DNA of 60,855 nt from Octopus bimaculoides (lineage: Eukaryota): positions 83,084,316 through 83,145,170 of the forward strand of contig NC_068981.1 of NCBI RefSeq assembly GCF_001194135.2, written 5' to 3'. Below the pieces are notes generated by a model. The model was given only the letters and a program-made list of their open reading frames with translations, made no database searches and was not told where the DNA came from. Numbering within the stretch: the stretch's first letter is position 1; every line of letters begins with the position of its first letter. Position numbers and translations under genes: made by a program. Of the stretch, positions 38,782 to 50,155 are shown piece by piece.

Positions 38782-38827
38782 GACACCTGAAGAAGGCTCG
38801 AGGGTATATCAGCCGAAACGTTGTGTT
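38782..38827 (+). ncRNA. Minimal type I hammerhead ribozyme motif
   Basis: Helix I GACAC/GUGUU, CUGAAGA (38787-38793), extra A, helix II GGCU/AGCC, GAAA (38815-38818), loop-less palindromic helix III AACGUU, GUU triplet (predicted cut after 38822). Confidence 0.78.
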
Positions 38828-39004
38828 AACAACAAACAAGATGAGGACAAATATCCGTCGAATGTAAATAATGTAAATAATAATAAAGGAGATATTTTCA
38901 AGAAATTATTATGTCATTCTTAATCTACGCATTAACGGTTAAGTTTAATCTGTGTTTGCAAGCAAAGTGCAACTATCGACATAGCAAAGATAAACAATGT
39001 ACAT

Positions 39005-39135
39005 AGAAGAAGAAGAAGAAGAAGAAGAAGAAGAAGAAGATGAAGAAGAAGAAGAAGAAGAAGAAGAAGAAGAAGAAGAAGAAGAACAACAACAACAACA
39101 ACAACAACAATAACAACAACAACAACAACAACAAG
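39005..39135. repeat. (GAA)n(CAA)n compound microsatellite
   Basis: Direct reading. Confidence 0.95.
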
Positions 39136-40087
39136 GAAGCGTAATCAACATTAATTTCCACAAAATGCATGAAATGAAATGAAAATAAAAATAAATACAT
39201 ATAATTAAACAAACCCCAAAACTATCGGCGGGCCGATATAAACTGTGCTGTTGTGTTTAAATTTGAAATCAGGAAATACCAGTTTTTCGAAAATGGGGTA
39301 CCTCCTCAGCTTAATACTTTTCAAGAATCGGTTTTGTTTCCTGTTTAATATAACATACTTCACTTCAGCTGTTAATNNNNNNNNNNNNNNNNNNNNNNNN
39401 NNNNNNNNNNNNNNNNNNNNNNNNNNNNNNNNNNNNNNNNNNNNNNNNNNNNNNNNNNNNNNNNNNNNNNNNNNNNNNNNNNNNNNNNNNNNNNNNNNNN
39501 NNNNNNNNNNNNNNNNNNNNNNNNNNNNNNNNNNNNNNNNNNNNNNNNNNNNNNNNNNNNNNNNNNNNNNNNNNNNNNNNNNNNNNNNNNNNNNNNNNNN
39601 NNNNNNNNNNNNNNNNNNNNNNNNNNNNNNNNNNNNNNNNNNNNNNNNNNNNNNNNNNNNNNNNNNNNNNNNNNNNNNNNNNNNNNNNNNNNNNNNNNNN
39701 NNNNNNNNNNNNNNNNNNNNNNNNNNNNNNNNNNNNNNNNNNNNNNNNNNNNNNNNNNNNNNNNNNNNNNNNNNNNNNNNNNNNNNNNNNNNNNNNNNNN
39801 NNNNNNNNNNNTATATATATATGTACATACATATACATACAAACACACACAAACGCGCATTTGTATATATGTATGCATATATATATATATTATATTTTGA
39901 ATTAATGAGTATATGTCGATTAGTGTGTTGAAGTGTTTAGCACTGGCACAGTTTGGCTTACCTGGCATCCTCTGCTGTCGGGGTATTTTACCATTGGATC
40001 TACTTGAGAAACTCCGCTGTGTTAGTTAAGATAATAATAATAATTTCTTAAGTAACCAGAAGATGTATTTGGTATTACTCCTTATTT

Positions 40088-40193
40088 TGTACAACGCTCG
40101 TTTCGACTCATCCTGCTAATGTACCTTATGGATTGGACTCCATTCAACAAGTTGTGTTGCAGCCATTTTGCAGTATGGATCTCGTCAGGTATA
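40088..40193 (-). ncRNA. Type I hammerhead motif with a long loop II insertion
   Basis: UAUAC-CUGACGA-GAUCC[about 67 nt]GAGUC-GAAAC-GAGC-GUU-GUACA; core and G10.1-C11.1 intact. Confidence 0.65.
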
Positions 40194-40682
40194 TCCATAC
40201 ATAAAGATGTGTCTCGCTAAAGATCCCGAGTTTTGGCTGTTATGTTCTTATATGCCCGTCTGGTTAGAGTATGATACATTGCTACAATTTCCAATTAGTA
40301 TTATCTTTCTATAAGAATTGCAAACATTTATACAGGCAAAAAACTGCTAAGTGTATGTACGAGCGTGTTTGCGAATCCCGACCTAAGCTAGCTAAACAAT
40401 CTTTCGCCCTCTAGACATTCTAGTCAGCATATATCTTTCTCTTTCTTATTTCTAGTACCATTCCTTTGTCTTAAACCCAATGTAACTCTATCCCTCCCTG
40501 TCCTTTTATTTACTTCCTCTACAATTTATTTTTATCGATATTTATTTGCTTATGCTTACAAATGTTTGCAATTCTTATAGAAAGATAATAATTGAAAATT
40601 GCTTCATTCCCTAAACAGACGGGCTTATAGGATCATAAGAGTCAAAATTCAGGATCTTTGGCGAGACAACTTTATGTACCGA

Positions 40683-40788
40683 TGTACCTGATGAGACCCA
40701 GACTGCAAAATGGATGCAACACAACATGTTCAATAGAGTCCCACGCATAAGGGACGTTATCGAGATGGGTAGAAACGACCGTTGTACA
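40683..40788 (+). ncRNA. Type I hammerhead motif with a long loop II insertion
   Basis: UGUAC-CUGAUGA-GACCC[67 nt]GGGUA-GAAAC-GACC-GUU-GUACA; perfect 5-bp helix I; C11.1A mismatch. Confidence 0.65.
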
Positions 40789-40831
40789 AAATAAAGAGTA
40801 ATACGAAATACATCCTCTGGTTACTTAAGAA

Positions 40832-40864
<33 letters not shown>

Positions 40865-40946
40865 GTTGTTGTTGTTGTTGTTGTTATTATTATTATTATT
40901 ATTATTAGTAGTAGTAGTAGTAGTATTATCATTATTATTATTATTA

Positions 40947-41512
40947 TATGTTTGACTTCTGCTTTGCATTTGTACAAGTTGGCTCCATATCTCACCCAGA
41001 AACATCAAGAGACAACAAGTTAGAAGTTCATGTTGGTGTTATGCCTAGGCTGTCATATATTTGGTTTTGTAATTAATATTGTTCTAGAGAATGTTTAAGA
41101 AAACATAAGAAAATTATGAGCTGGTCTTAAAATTTGAGATTACATATACAGTATTTTCCACATGATATGGGAAATTCCAATAAGCACTATCTTTTGAATT
41201 TCTTTCATTTTGGAGTTTCCTGGTTGTCTGAGCTAGGCAGCAATCAGCTCCTTTTGCTATCATTCCTAGGGAACCTATGACAACAGGTATTGTTTTAGTC
41301 TTGAGGCTCCACATTTTGCCAATTTCTATTTCAAGATCTTTATACTTACTCAGTTTTTGGTAGGTCTTGACAGATACATTTATATCGATTGGGACAGTCA
41401 TATCAATGAGAAGGCATGATTTTTGTCTGAAGTCCTTCAATACAATGTCTGGCCTATTCGCATCTATCTTTCTTTCAGTTTGAATAATGAAGTTCCAGCG
41501 GAGTGAAATGCG
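40947..41512 (-). mobile_element. 3' end of an R4/Dong-clade element (REL endonuclease plus 3' UTR) inside a (TAA)n array
   Basis: WNFIIQTERKIDANRPDIVLKDFRQKSCLLIDMTVPIDINVSVKTYQKLSKYKDLEIEIGKMWSLKTKTIPVVIGSLG; (TAA)n on both sides on the element strand. Confidence 0.9.
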
Positions 41513-41545
<33 letters not shown>

Positions 41546-43893
41546 TGCATACAGAAGTTAGGAAATAAAGAAGTGTCTGTTAATATTTTGAATGATTTAG
41601 TCGATACAAGAAGGCAGCGCCTATGCTACTTTCATGGCCTCTGCGACTAGTGAAAGAGCGGGAGGAATTGAAACAGCTCAAACGTTTCTGTTAAAGCCTA
41701 CTTCGATCCCTCTACGTAATCCATATCAAATCAAAAAACAGGAAGATAGGATTGGTAGTCGGCTTTCGCTATATCCTCCTCAGCCTTTAAACAAACAGTG
41801 ACACAAAGTAAGAATAGGAGTAGTACAGTGCTGCATATGGTGACATTGAGTTATACTCAGATCAAAACCATGCACATAGCTCAGCTCAGCTATGGATATA
41901 GAAGAAGCTCAACTATGGACATAAAAGACTCTTAGAAAATACACCAAAGCAGATGCGGAGGCATCGCAATTTAGAAATAACTTTAATGAGGATAACGAAA
42001 ATATCAGTATTTCTGACTAACTAGAACTAGTAATATAATCTTAAGTTACATGACTCAGCTTTTATTTAACAGTTTCTGTTTAAATGTAACCGAAAAAAAC
42101 ATTTCGCCTTTCATTTAATTTAAATTAATAAAAAAAATTAACATAATATTTGCCAGTACCTAAATCAAATAACCGGAAAATTAGTTAATAAAGTGATTTT
42201 AATCTGAATGAAATTTAGCGAATTCAACGTCTTACATATATTCGTTTCCGGTTTTTTTTTGTTGTTTTTAATTTCAGCGGAAGGGTAGACTATGAGGATA
42301 TTTAGTTTCCTCCTCTTAAATTCTGATCAAGTGACTTTTCTTTATTAACAAAATATTTAGGCTACCAGCTATATTCTGGGTAATTTCACTAAACTATACT
42401 GATATAATGCTCTATGTATTGGAATTTGCAAGTACGTGCATATATATTTATGTGTGTGTATGTACGTGTGCTTCTGTGTGTGTGAGTGTTTGTTTGTGTT
42501 TGTTTGTTTATGTGTGTGTGTATGTGTGTGTGTGTGCGTGTATGTGTATGTGTGAGTGTGTGATTATATTTCCTTTAGCAACTGCTTAAAGAAACAACTT
42601 AAATGAACGAAGCACATGAAAATAAAAATAAGAACTCTCCAGTTAAATACCTCACCCTCTTTATTCCCTCTATTTGTGACTGCCTGCCAGAATAAAAAGG
42701 CAAAAGAGTTCAATAACTCTAAAGTATCGAATATATAATCATGATTTTTCTTTTACCAATAATGAAATCATTAGCCTATGCAATACTTTAAATAAAACAG
42801 ATAATTTTAGTTTACCATCTTTAAGGATCATAAGGATCTTTACGAAAAAGCACAAAGGACATTTTAGGCTTGGTTACATTGAGTTTTGTGGCACACATGC
42901 CGCTCTTTTGGTTAAAAAGTAATGAAACTGAAATAATTCAATCAAAGATTAATACCATATCAGAATCAGAATTTGCTTGAGGCAAGCCCTTGTTACACAA
43001 CACTCGCTTCCAAACAACTGCTAGTATTATGGACTAAGTGAAGATTTATTACTTTTTCAGTGCGTGTATATTTCTTTGTTAGTGTGTATGTATGTTTGTA
43101 AATCTCTGCTCTAGAAATTCTTTTAAGGAATGCGTAAATAAAGCCGCAAGGTACAAAAGTTTGAGTCAGCTGAATGAAACTGATGAAATATTTTGTCTTT
43201 AATATTCTCATAATTTCTTCTTTCGGAGAGTCACACGTTCAGACGATATCATCCTCATGATACTAGAGAATTAGGTTTATTCCGAAACTTTCTTTTGTAC
43301 TTCGTTTATTTTTTCATAAATAATTAAACAAAAATACTTCAAAGATTCCATTTTTTTTACTGACCTTCCTCATTATTTATTTATTTATTCCTTAATAATA
43401 ACCACAAGTTGCTCATTAATATCATAAATTAAGTTCTATTTTTTTTCTGCATGAAGAAAGCAGTTCTTAAATATTTATTCTGGCTCTGGGCATCTACGCG
43501 CGTATGTATACATTTATGAATACACGTATACACGCTTCCGTACTTATACGGATATATACTTGTGTGTATACATGTAAGAATTCTTATGTTTTGCACTTTG
43601 CTTTGACGATTTCAGTATTCTGCTCTGTTCAATGAATAATCTCAGTTTTCCGACGTCTATATCAGCCACAGCTTCTGGCATCGGAAATCTGCAACCAATT
43701 ATTCAAAAAATATTCTTCAAACAAATTTAATAGGTGGACATCTAATTATCTAAAGTAACAGCCTTTCTTAAACCACAATCTTGTGTTTATCTGTTTCTGA
43801 TATTCGAGGTGGTCATTAGCATTTATCTTCACTTTCAAAAGTATGTAGCCTCTATATACGCTTATCTTGACTAACGTTAAAAAGTACGTAGCC

Positions 43894-44805
43894 TTGGTAT
43901 TCCTCAAAAAATCTTCCCCAAGCCTAAAGATACATGTGTGTAACTGTATAGTCAACACTGACCGACGGAGGCCTTACATGCTGCTGAGCATAGTCACTTC
44001 CATTGTTTCAGAGATCTTTAGTTTAAAGAGAAACACATACAATCAAGCAGTATCGGCCCAAATCGGCCACCCTACCGTTGGATAAATTGCGCTAGCCTGG
44101 AGCGAGAAGACTTGCAAGTATAGGGTACTGTTGGCATTCCTAAAAAATTTTGTCCAAGCCTAAAGATACATTTTTGTAACTGCATAGTCAACATTGACCG
44201 ACGGAAGCCTCACATGCATTATATATTTATCGAATTAAAGGTATGCAAGCAAACGGTGTTAGGACTTTGTTTTTATAGCATTAAACAAGTAATAACTTAC
44301 TTACCTTGATGCATGCAACTGAGTAAGGTAGAGAACTGTCAGAATCATTAGAGCGTTTGAGAGAAAGATTCTGTCATATGTTCCGAGATTCTGCACTCTG
44401 AGTTCAAATCCGGCCGAAATCGGCATTGTTCATCATAAATACCAATCCAGTACGATAGATTAACAGAATTACTAGGCTATCTCGAAAGATATTTTGCGTT
44501 ACCTGACCTGGCTTTATGCCTTCAGGTAGCAACGGCTACGACAACAAAGATGCCAAGCAGTATAGGCTTAAATTGGACGCCTTTCCGTTGGATAAATATC
44601 GCTAGCCACGAGCGAGAAAACTTGCACGCATGTCTTTTGTGGTCTTGCGTTGGTAGTCCTAAAAAAATCTTACCTAAACCTAAAGATACGTATGTGTAAC
44701 CACTTAGACAGCATTGACCGACAGAGGCCTTACACGCAGCCGAGTATGATCAGTTCTATTATTTGGGAGGAAAATCTTTAGTTTAAAGAGAAATTCATCC
44801 AATCA
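43894..44805 (+). repeat. Local 237-bp tandem repeat (about 2.5 diverged units) interrupted by a degenerate SINE A
   Basis: TTGGYAKTCCT..CCTAAAGATAC..TGACCGAC.GA.GCC starts at 43894, 44131 and 44650. Confidence 0.8.
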
Positions 44806-45499
44806 ATCTCATATGTTCAGAAAAACGTTAGTGGATGCAGCCCTTCTTACTTAGTCACAACAATTAAATGTTGGTCTAAACATCCGAAGTTAGCTACCTA
44901 AAATATTATAGGGATACATTTTTGCATATGATTTATTAAACCATATATTTTATATACAGTTTCTTACCTTGTCTTACTACTTTCTTAATATGAAATCTTT
45001 TCTTCCGAATATAAAGCTCTAAAAGGTTGAATTTAATTAATGAATTTAAATAAGTTAACTGACAGAGACTAGTTTCGAAAGAGATCAACATCGCCATTTT
45101 TGAAATATTAGATCTTCAAGTTCGTTTTAGATGACATAAACAACAAAAAGTGATTTAAGAGCATGAAATGAAGTATAAACACAACTTCCACTCACAAACA
45201 TATACTATACACAAGCACACTATATGGTCACAGATACACGCACACACATACACACGTGCACACATCACCTAAACAAGCACACATCAGCTGCTAAACACAA
45301 GCGTTTACACACGCACGTACACATTCACAGACACGTTAGCTTCACACATATACACATATACACATATACATACGTCCATACGCCCAGACACACACAAATA
45401 CACAAAATGCAGATCACTCCACACAACGCATACACCAGGTTACATGTACACATACATACACACAGGCCCATGCGTATCCACACACACGTGATAATCCCA

Positions 45500-45670
45500 C
45501 ACGTTAATCTCGACGCATTGTTTTCTTGTTCCGTTTTTTTTCTCTCGATCCTTTCTGTCGAAGAGCGTAGGCTCGACACTTAAAAATCTTTTCCATTCTT
45601 CACGAGCGTTAAAACCCTGCTTCTTGTTCCTACACCTGTCTTCGTTTTTGTTTTCTGTAACTTTGGACTA
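45500..45670 (+). mobile_element. Penelope-like terminal repeat fragment with a degenerate hammerhead motif (45551-45585)
   Basis: CTTT-CTGTCGA-A-GAGC-GTAG-GCTC-GACAC-TT-AAA; same family as 10085-10290. Confidence 0.45.
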
Positions 45671-45691
45671 TATATATATATATGTATATAT

Positions 45692-45993
45692 TATGCGCCC
45701 TTTTAAAACCTAGCCAGGCTCATAGGCCCGGTTTCCAGGTTTCTATGGCATATGTATTCCCACCAGCTGGACGAGACGCCAGTCCATCGCAGCGCCACTC
45801 AAGAAACAGGAAGAAAGTGTGAGAGAAAGTTTGGGCGAAAGAGTACAACAGGGGCCGACACCACCCCCTGCCGGAGCTTTGTGGAGCTTGTAGGTGTTTT
45901 TGCTCAATAAACACACACAACGCCCGGTCTGGGAATCGAAACCGCGATCCTCCGACCGCGAGTCTGCTACCCTAACGACTGGGCCATTGCGCC
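45692..45993 (-). mobile_element. tRNA-derived SINE type D with a V-domain-like segment
   Basis: Head GGCGCAATGGCCCAGTCGTTAGGG..GGTTTCGATTCCC; body GCTGCGATGGACTGGCGTCTCGTCCAG resembles the conserved V-SINE block (from recall). Confidence 0.65.
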
Positions 45994-46830
45994 AACACAN
46001 NNNNNNNNNNNNNNNNNNNNNNNNNNNNNNNNNNNNNNNNNNNNNNNNNNNNNNNNNNNNNNNNNNNNNNNNNNNNNNNNNNNNNNNNNNNNNNNNNNNN
46101 NNNNNNNNNNNNNNTATATATATATATACCAATATTTTCGTAGAACGCATACACGTACACACAAGTGCACACACGCACAGACACACACACACACACACAC
46201 ACACAGACACACACACACACACACAAGTGCGCACACACGCATTCACACACGCAGATAATACATGCATATGTGTGTGTTTGTCTATTGCCCTTGTTTTTAT
46301 TTTATACATAAATTCTTGTCCACATGTGCAATGAGCCTTTGTATATTTGTGTGTGTGTTTAATTATATACCACTTAAATATATTTCCAGTTTAAATAATT
46401 TATGAGTTGCTACGTAAGTACATAATGTTTACGCACACATGTATTATATATAAATGAACACGTATCCAAATATAAAAACATACACACACATGCTCACTTC
46501 CTACCAGCCACACACGTATGTGTGTATATTTGTGTGACGGTATAAGCATTTATAACTTTTCTTCTCTTTATTTTTTTTTTAACAACTTATCTCTAAATAC
46601 AGTTATGTATCAGTTTTTGAGTACAATTACCTACATAAACGACCGTATAAAAATAAATGAAATACAAATAAGGACGACCGTTATGAAACGTCCGATTATT
46701 TTCAGTTGTCTTTGAAGAATCTAAATCGTTGGAAAGACGGTTTTCTAAAACACACGATAGTACACAAGCGCACTTTGAGTAAATAATTACTTACAAAGAA
46801 CGAAATACTAAAGTAAGAAATATATATACA

Positions 46831-46867
<37 letters not shown>

Positions 46868-47544
46868 NNNNNNNNNNNNNNNNNNNNNNNNNNNNNNNNN
46901 NNNNNNNNNNNNNNNNNNNNNNNNNNNNNNNNNNNNNNNNNNNNNNNNNNNNNNNNNNNNNNNNNNNNNNNNNNNNNNNNNNNNNNNNNNNNNNNNNNNN
47001 NNNNNNNNNNNNNNNNNNNNNNNNNNNNNNNNNNNNNNNNNNNNNNNNNNNNNNNNNNNNNNNNNNNNNNNNNNNNNNNNNNNNNNNNNNNNNNNNNNNN
47101 NNNNNNNNNNNNNNNNNNNNNNNNNNNNNNNNNNNNNNNNNNNNNNNNNNNNNNNNNNNNNNNNNNNNNNNNNNNNNNNNNNNNNNNNNNNNNNNNNNNN
47201 NNNNNNNNNNNNNNNNNNNNNNNNNNNNNNNNNNNNNNNNNNNNNNNNNNNNNNNNNNNNNNNNNNNNNNNNNNNNNNNNNNNNNNNNNNNNNNNNNNNN
47301 NNNNNNNNNNNNNNNNNNNNNNNNNNNNNNNNNNNNNNNNNNNNNNNNNNNNNNNNNNNNNNNNNNNTGTACACACACTCTCAGACACACATGCACACTA
47401 GCATGTACCAATAGACACACAGACACATAGACGCACACACATATAAATGAAAAACAGCCGTAGACATTTTACCAATTACTAGTATTAGTCTTGTTCATGT
47501 TCCTCTCTATTAATTAACAATTATTTTATGAGGTCATACTAGAG

Positions 47545-47551
47545 ATTATTA

Positions 47552-47613
<62 letters not shown>

Positions 47614-47634
47614 GTTGTTGTTGTTATTATTACA

Positions 47635-47677
<43 letters not shown>

Positions 47678-47753
47678 GTAGTAGTAGTAGTAGTAGTATT
47701 CTTATTATTATCATTACTACTACTATTATTATTATTACTGTTATTATTACTGA

Positions 47754-47784
<31 letters not shown>

Positions 47785-48000
47785 TGTTGGTTGTGGTCGG
47801 AATGGTGGCATTGATGTTGGCAGTAGTGGAAGTCATATTTATGATGATGATAATGACGACAACAACGAAACGATGATGATGATGATGATGATGACGACGA
47901 TGACGACGATGAGGATAAGGATGAGGAGGAAGAGGAGGGGTAGGAGAGGAAGAGGAATAATAGTAATGGTGATGACGCCGACGATAATGATCACGTAAAT
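47545..48000. repeat. Long compound (TTA)/(TTG)/(TAG)/(TGA)/(GAG) microsatellite
   Basis: Direct reading. Confidence 0.95.
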
Positions 48001-48714
48001 ATAGCGCAAACATCTTGTTTCAATGAAAGGGAAATGAAAATTTGATGGGTGTTATACACAGTTTTATATATCCCTCTGTATGCTAAAATATATGTGCAGA
48101 GGGATTATACAGACATATGTCTTTACACATGCATATAAGCAAACATTCATTCATATACATACATAGTTAAATATATGATTCAATTTTCAAGAGTCCAAAA
48201 TCCAACGAAGATTCGGGAGATGTTATACAGAGAAATTATCAAATCTAAAACGAGCTATTTGGTTTTGAAATAGATTATGCTTTCATCAGAGACTAACACA
48301 ATTTAATAGTTCCCGGAGTATTCGTTGGCTCCAACTCAAGTGCTCAGGTGACTAGGGGTGTGCAGCTACCCCTTAGTTACTACTACAACTACTACCCTAG
48401 CTTAGAACGATACTACCTGTCAAGTGTTCCAATTATAATAGCAGAAAAAGATCCATAATTGAGACACGTGTCGTACAGGCCCCACTTGGATATGAACATG
48501 TTACACAAGCCCAATGCTTCTGGCTGAATAGCAGCAGAATTCAATGGTCAAACGTTACTGTATATTTTTCAAGTAAAACCACGAATCTTCAGATACATAT
48601 TGTACAGTCAAATACATATTGTATAGTCACATGCATACAAAGACATAAATATTTTAAAATCTGTACGCACAAACACACACGCACAGGCTCATACATGGAA
48701 TTCTTTATACTATG

Positions 48715-48911
48715 GATAAAACGCCCGAAATTTTGAGGGATGGGGGCTAGCTGATTACATCGACCCCAGTGCTCATCTGATGCTTATTTCACCGATTCTG
48801 AAGGGAATGAAAGTCAACGTCGATGGAATTTGAACACAGACCATAAAGTCAGAACAAATTTCACAAAGCATTTTGTTTGGCGCGCAAACGATTCTGCCAG
48901 CTCGCTGCCTT
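48715..48911 (-). mobile_element. SINE type A
   Basis: GATTACATCGACCCCAGTG..GAATTTGAACACAG..GATTCTGCCAGCTCGCTGCC. Confidence 0.85.
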
Positions 48912-49319
48912 AAGCATGTATAACTGAACGAATGCTATAAGTTTTGTGCTATAACTGTTTCAGCAGATGAAAATAGAAAAGAACAGCACTTATATTCCGT
49001 TTTCAGGAGTTCTGGGAATAATGGGAGGAAAAGAAGCTATCCTCAGGCGGGTGACTTGACTCCAATACCTAAACCAGAGTGCTGCTCTCCTTTCAGACAG
49101 CAAATTGCCGTGAGATGCTGTAAAACTAGGCGAGAGGTTTAAAACAGCCACCAATTTACACAAAACTTGAAAAGGGATGGGATGTTTATGGTCGAAATGA
49201 ATTTTCTCATAGATAATAGCAGTAAGGTCCGATCTTGCATTAAACACAGGTGTCCGATCTTGTATTAAACTACTACGATGTACGATGGTAGTTTAAATAC
49301 ATTATTACAATACTGTATA

Positions 49320-49655
49320 GATTCTATTCTCAGCTGAGATCCATATAACCGCTGGGGGTTCATTTAAGATTTTTGGGTGTCCACACTTGCAATATAAAGA
49401 ATTGGGGTCCACAGAAGTATTTTAAGTGACCATGTAAAATTTTGATTTAAATACATCTATTGCAAGAGACTGCTACATTTCTTTCTCTAACCTTTTACAT
49501 AGTTTTAACCTACGCAAGTTAATGTGTGAAAAATAAAATAGGAATTTTGAAAGTATCTGTAAAGCTTGTTCATGAAGATTTAATGGTCATACGGGTTCAC
49601 TAGAATAAAATAATAAATAAAGGGCCCATAGATAGAAAAAGAGTTCAGAACCACT
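49320..49655. mobile_element. Possible hAT-type MITE remnant
   Basis: Subterminal GGGGTCCAC/GGGCCCATAG motifs and right end GAGTTCAGAACCACTA resemble hAT MITE ends (..GAGAACCACTG); the left TIR is poor. Confidence 0.4.
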
Positions 49656-49799
49656 AGTATAGAAGAAGCAATCGATTATGCAGGTTACGCATAAAAAGTT
49701 CGATATAAAGTTTTCATAGTGATCTGTAATCTGTGATTCCCATATTATCAAGTGTATAATATCGTTGTTGTCGTGGTTCAGTAAAGAATTTCTGCATAA

Positions 49800-50155
49800 T
49801 AGGCTTAGCTTCCCACCCATAGGGTTCCGAGTTCAGTCCCTCTACGTGGCACCGTGGGCAAGTGCTTCTACTATCGCCTAGGGCCGACCAAAGACTTTTG
49901 AGTGGATTTGGTAGACAGAAATTGAAAGAAGCTAGTCGTAGGCGCGCGTGCATGTGTGTCTTCATCATAGCTTGACAAACAGTGTTGTTGTGTTTACTCC
50001 CCTTTAACTTAGTGGTTCGGTCTAAGAGATCAATATATTAAGTAACAAGCTTAAAAAATAAGTCCTTGGGCGGGGGGGGGGNNNNNNNNNNTAAAGCCCT
50101 TCAAGGTGGTGCTCCATCATGGCCGCAGTCAAATGACTGAAACAAGTAAAAGAAC
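49800..50155 (+). mobile_element. SINE type B (diverged, spans a short N-gap)
   Basis: GAGTTCAGTCCC..GTGGGCAAGTG..GGATTTGGTAGACAGAAATTGAAAGAAGC..GGTGCTCCATCATGGCCGCAGTCAAATGACTGAAACAAGTAAAAG. Confidence 0.88.

Larger units (their letters stand above)
38442..38881. repeat. Long inverted repeat 2 (148-bp arms 38442-38589 and 38734-38881; (TTC)n spacer)
   Basis: I count 7 mismatches in 148 bp (about 95% identity) between the right arm and the reverse complement of the left arm. Confidence 0.97.
40031..40845. repeat. Long inverted repeat 3 (arms about 40031-40329 and 40560-40845)
   Basis: About 290-bp arms, roughly 80-85% identical by eye, both ending outward in TACATCYTCTGGTTACTTAAGAAA(TTA)n. 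Confidence 0.93.
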
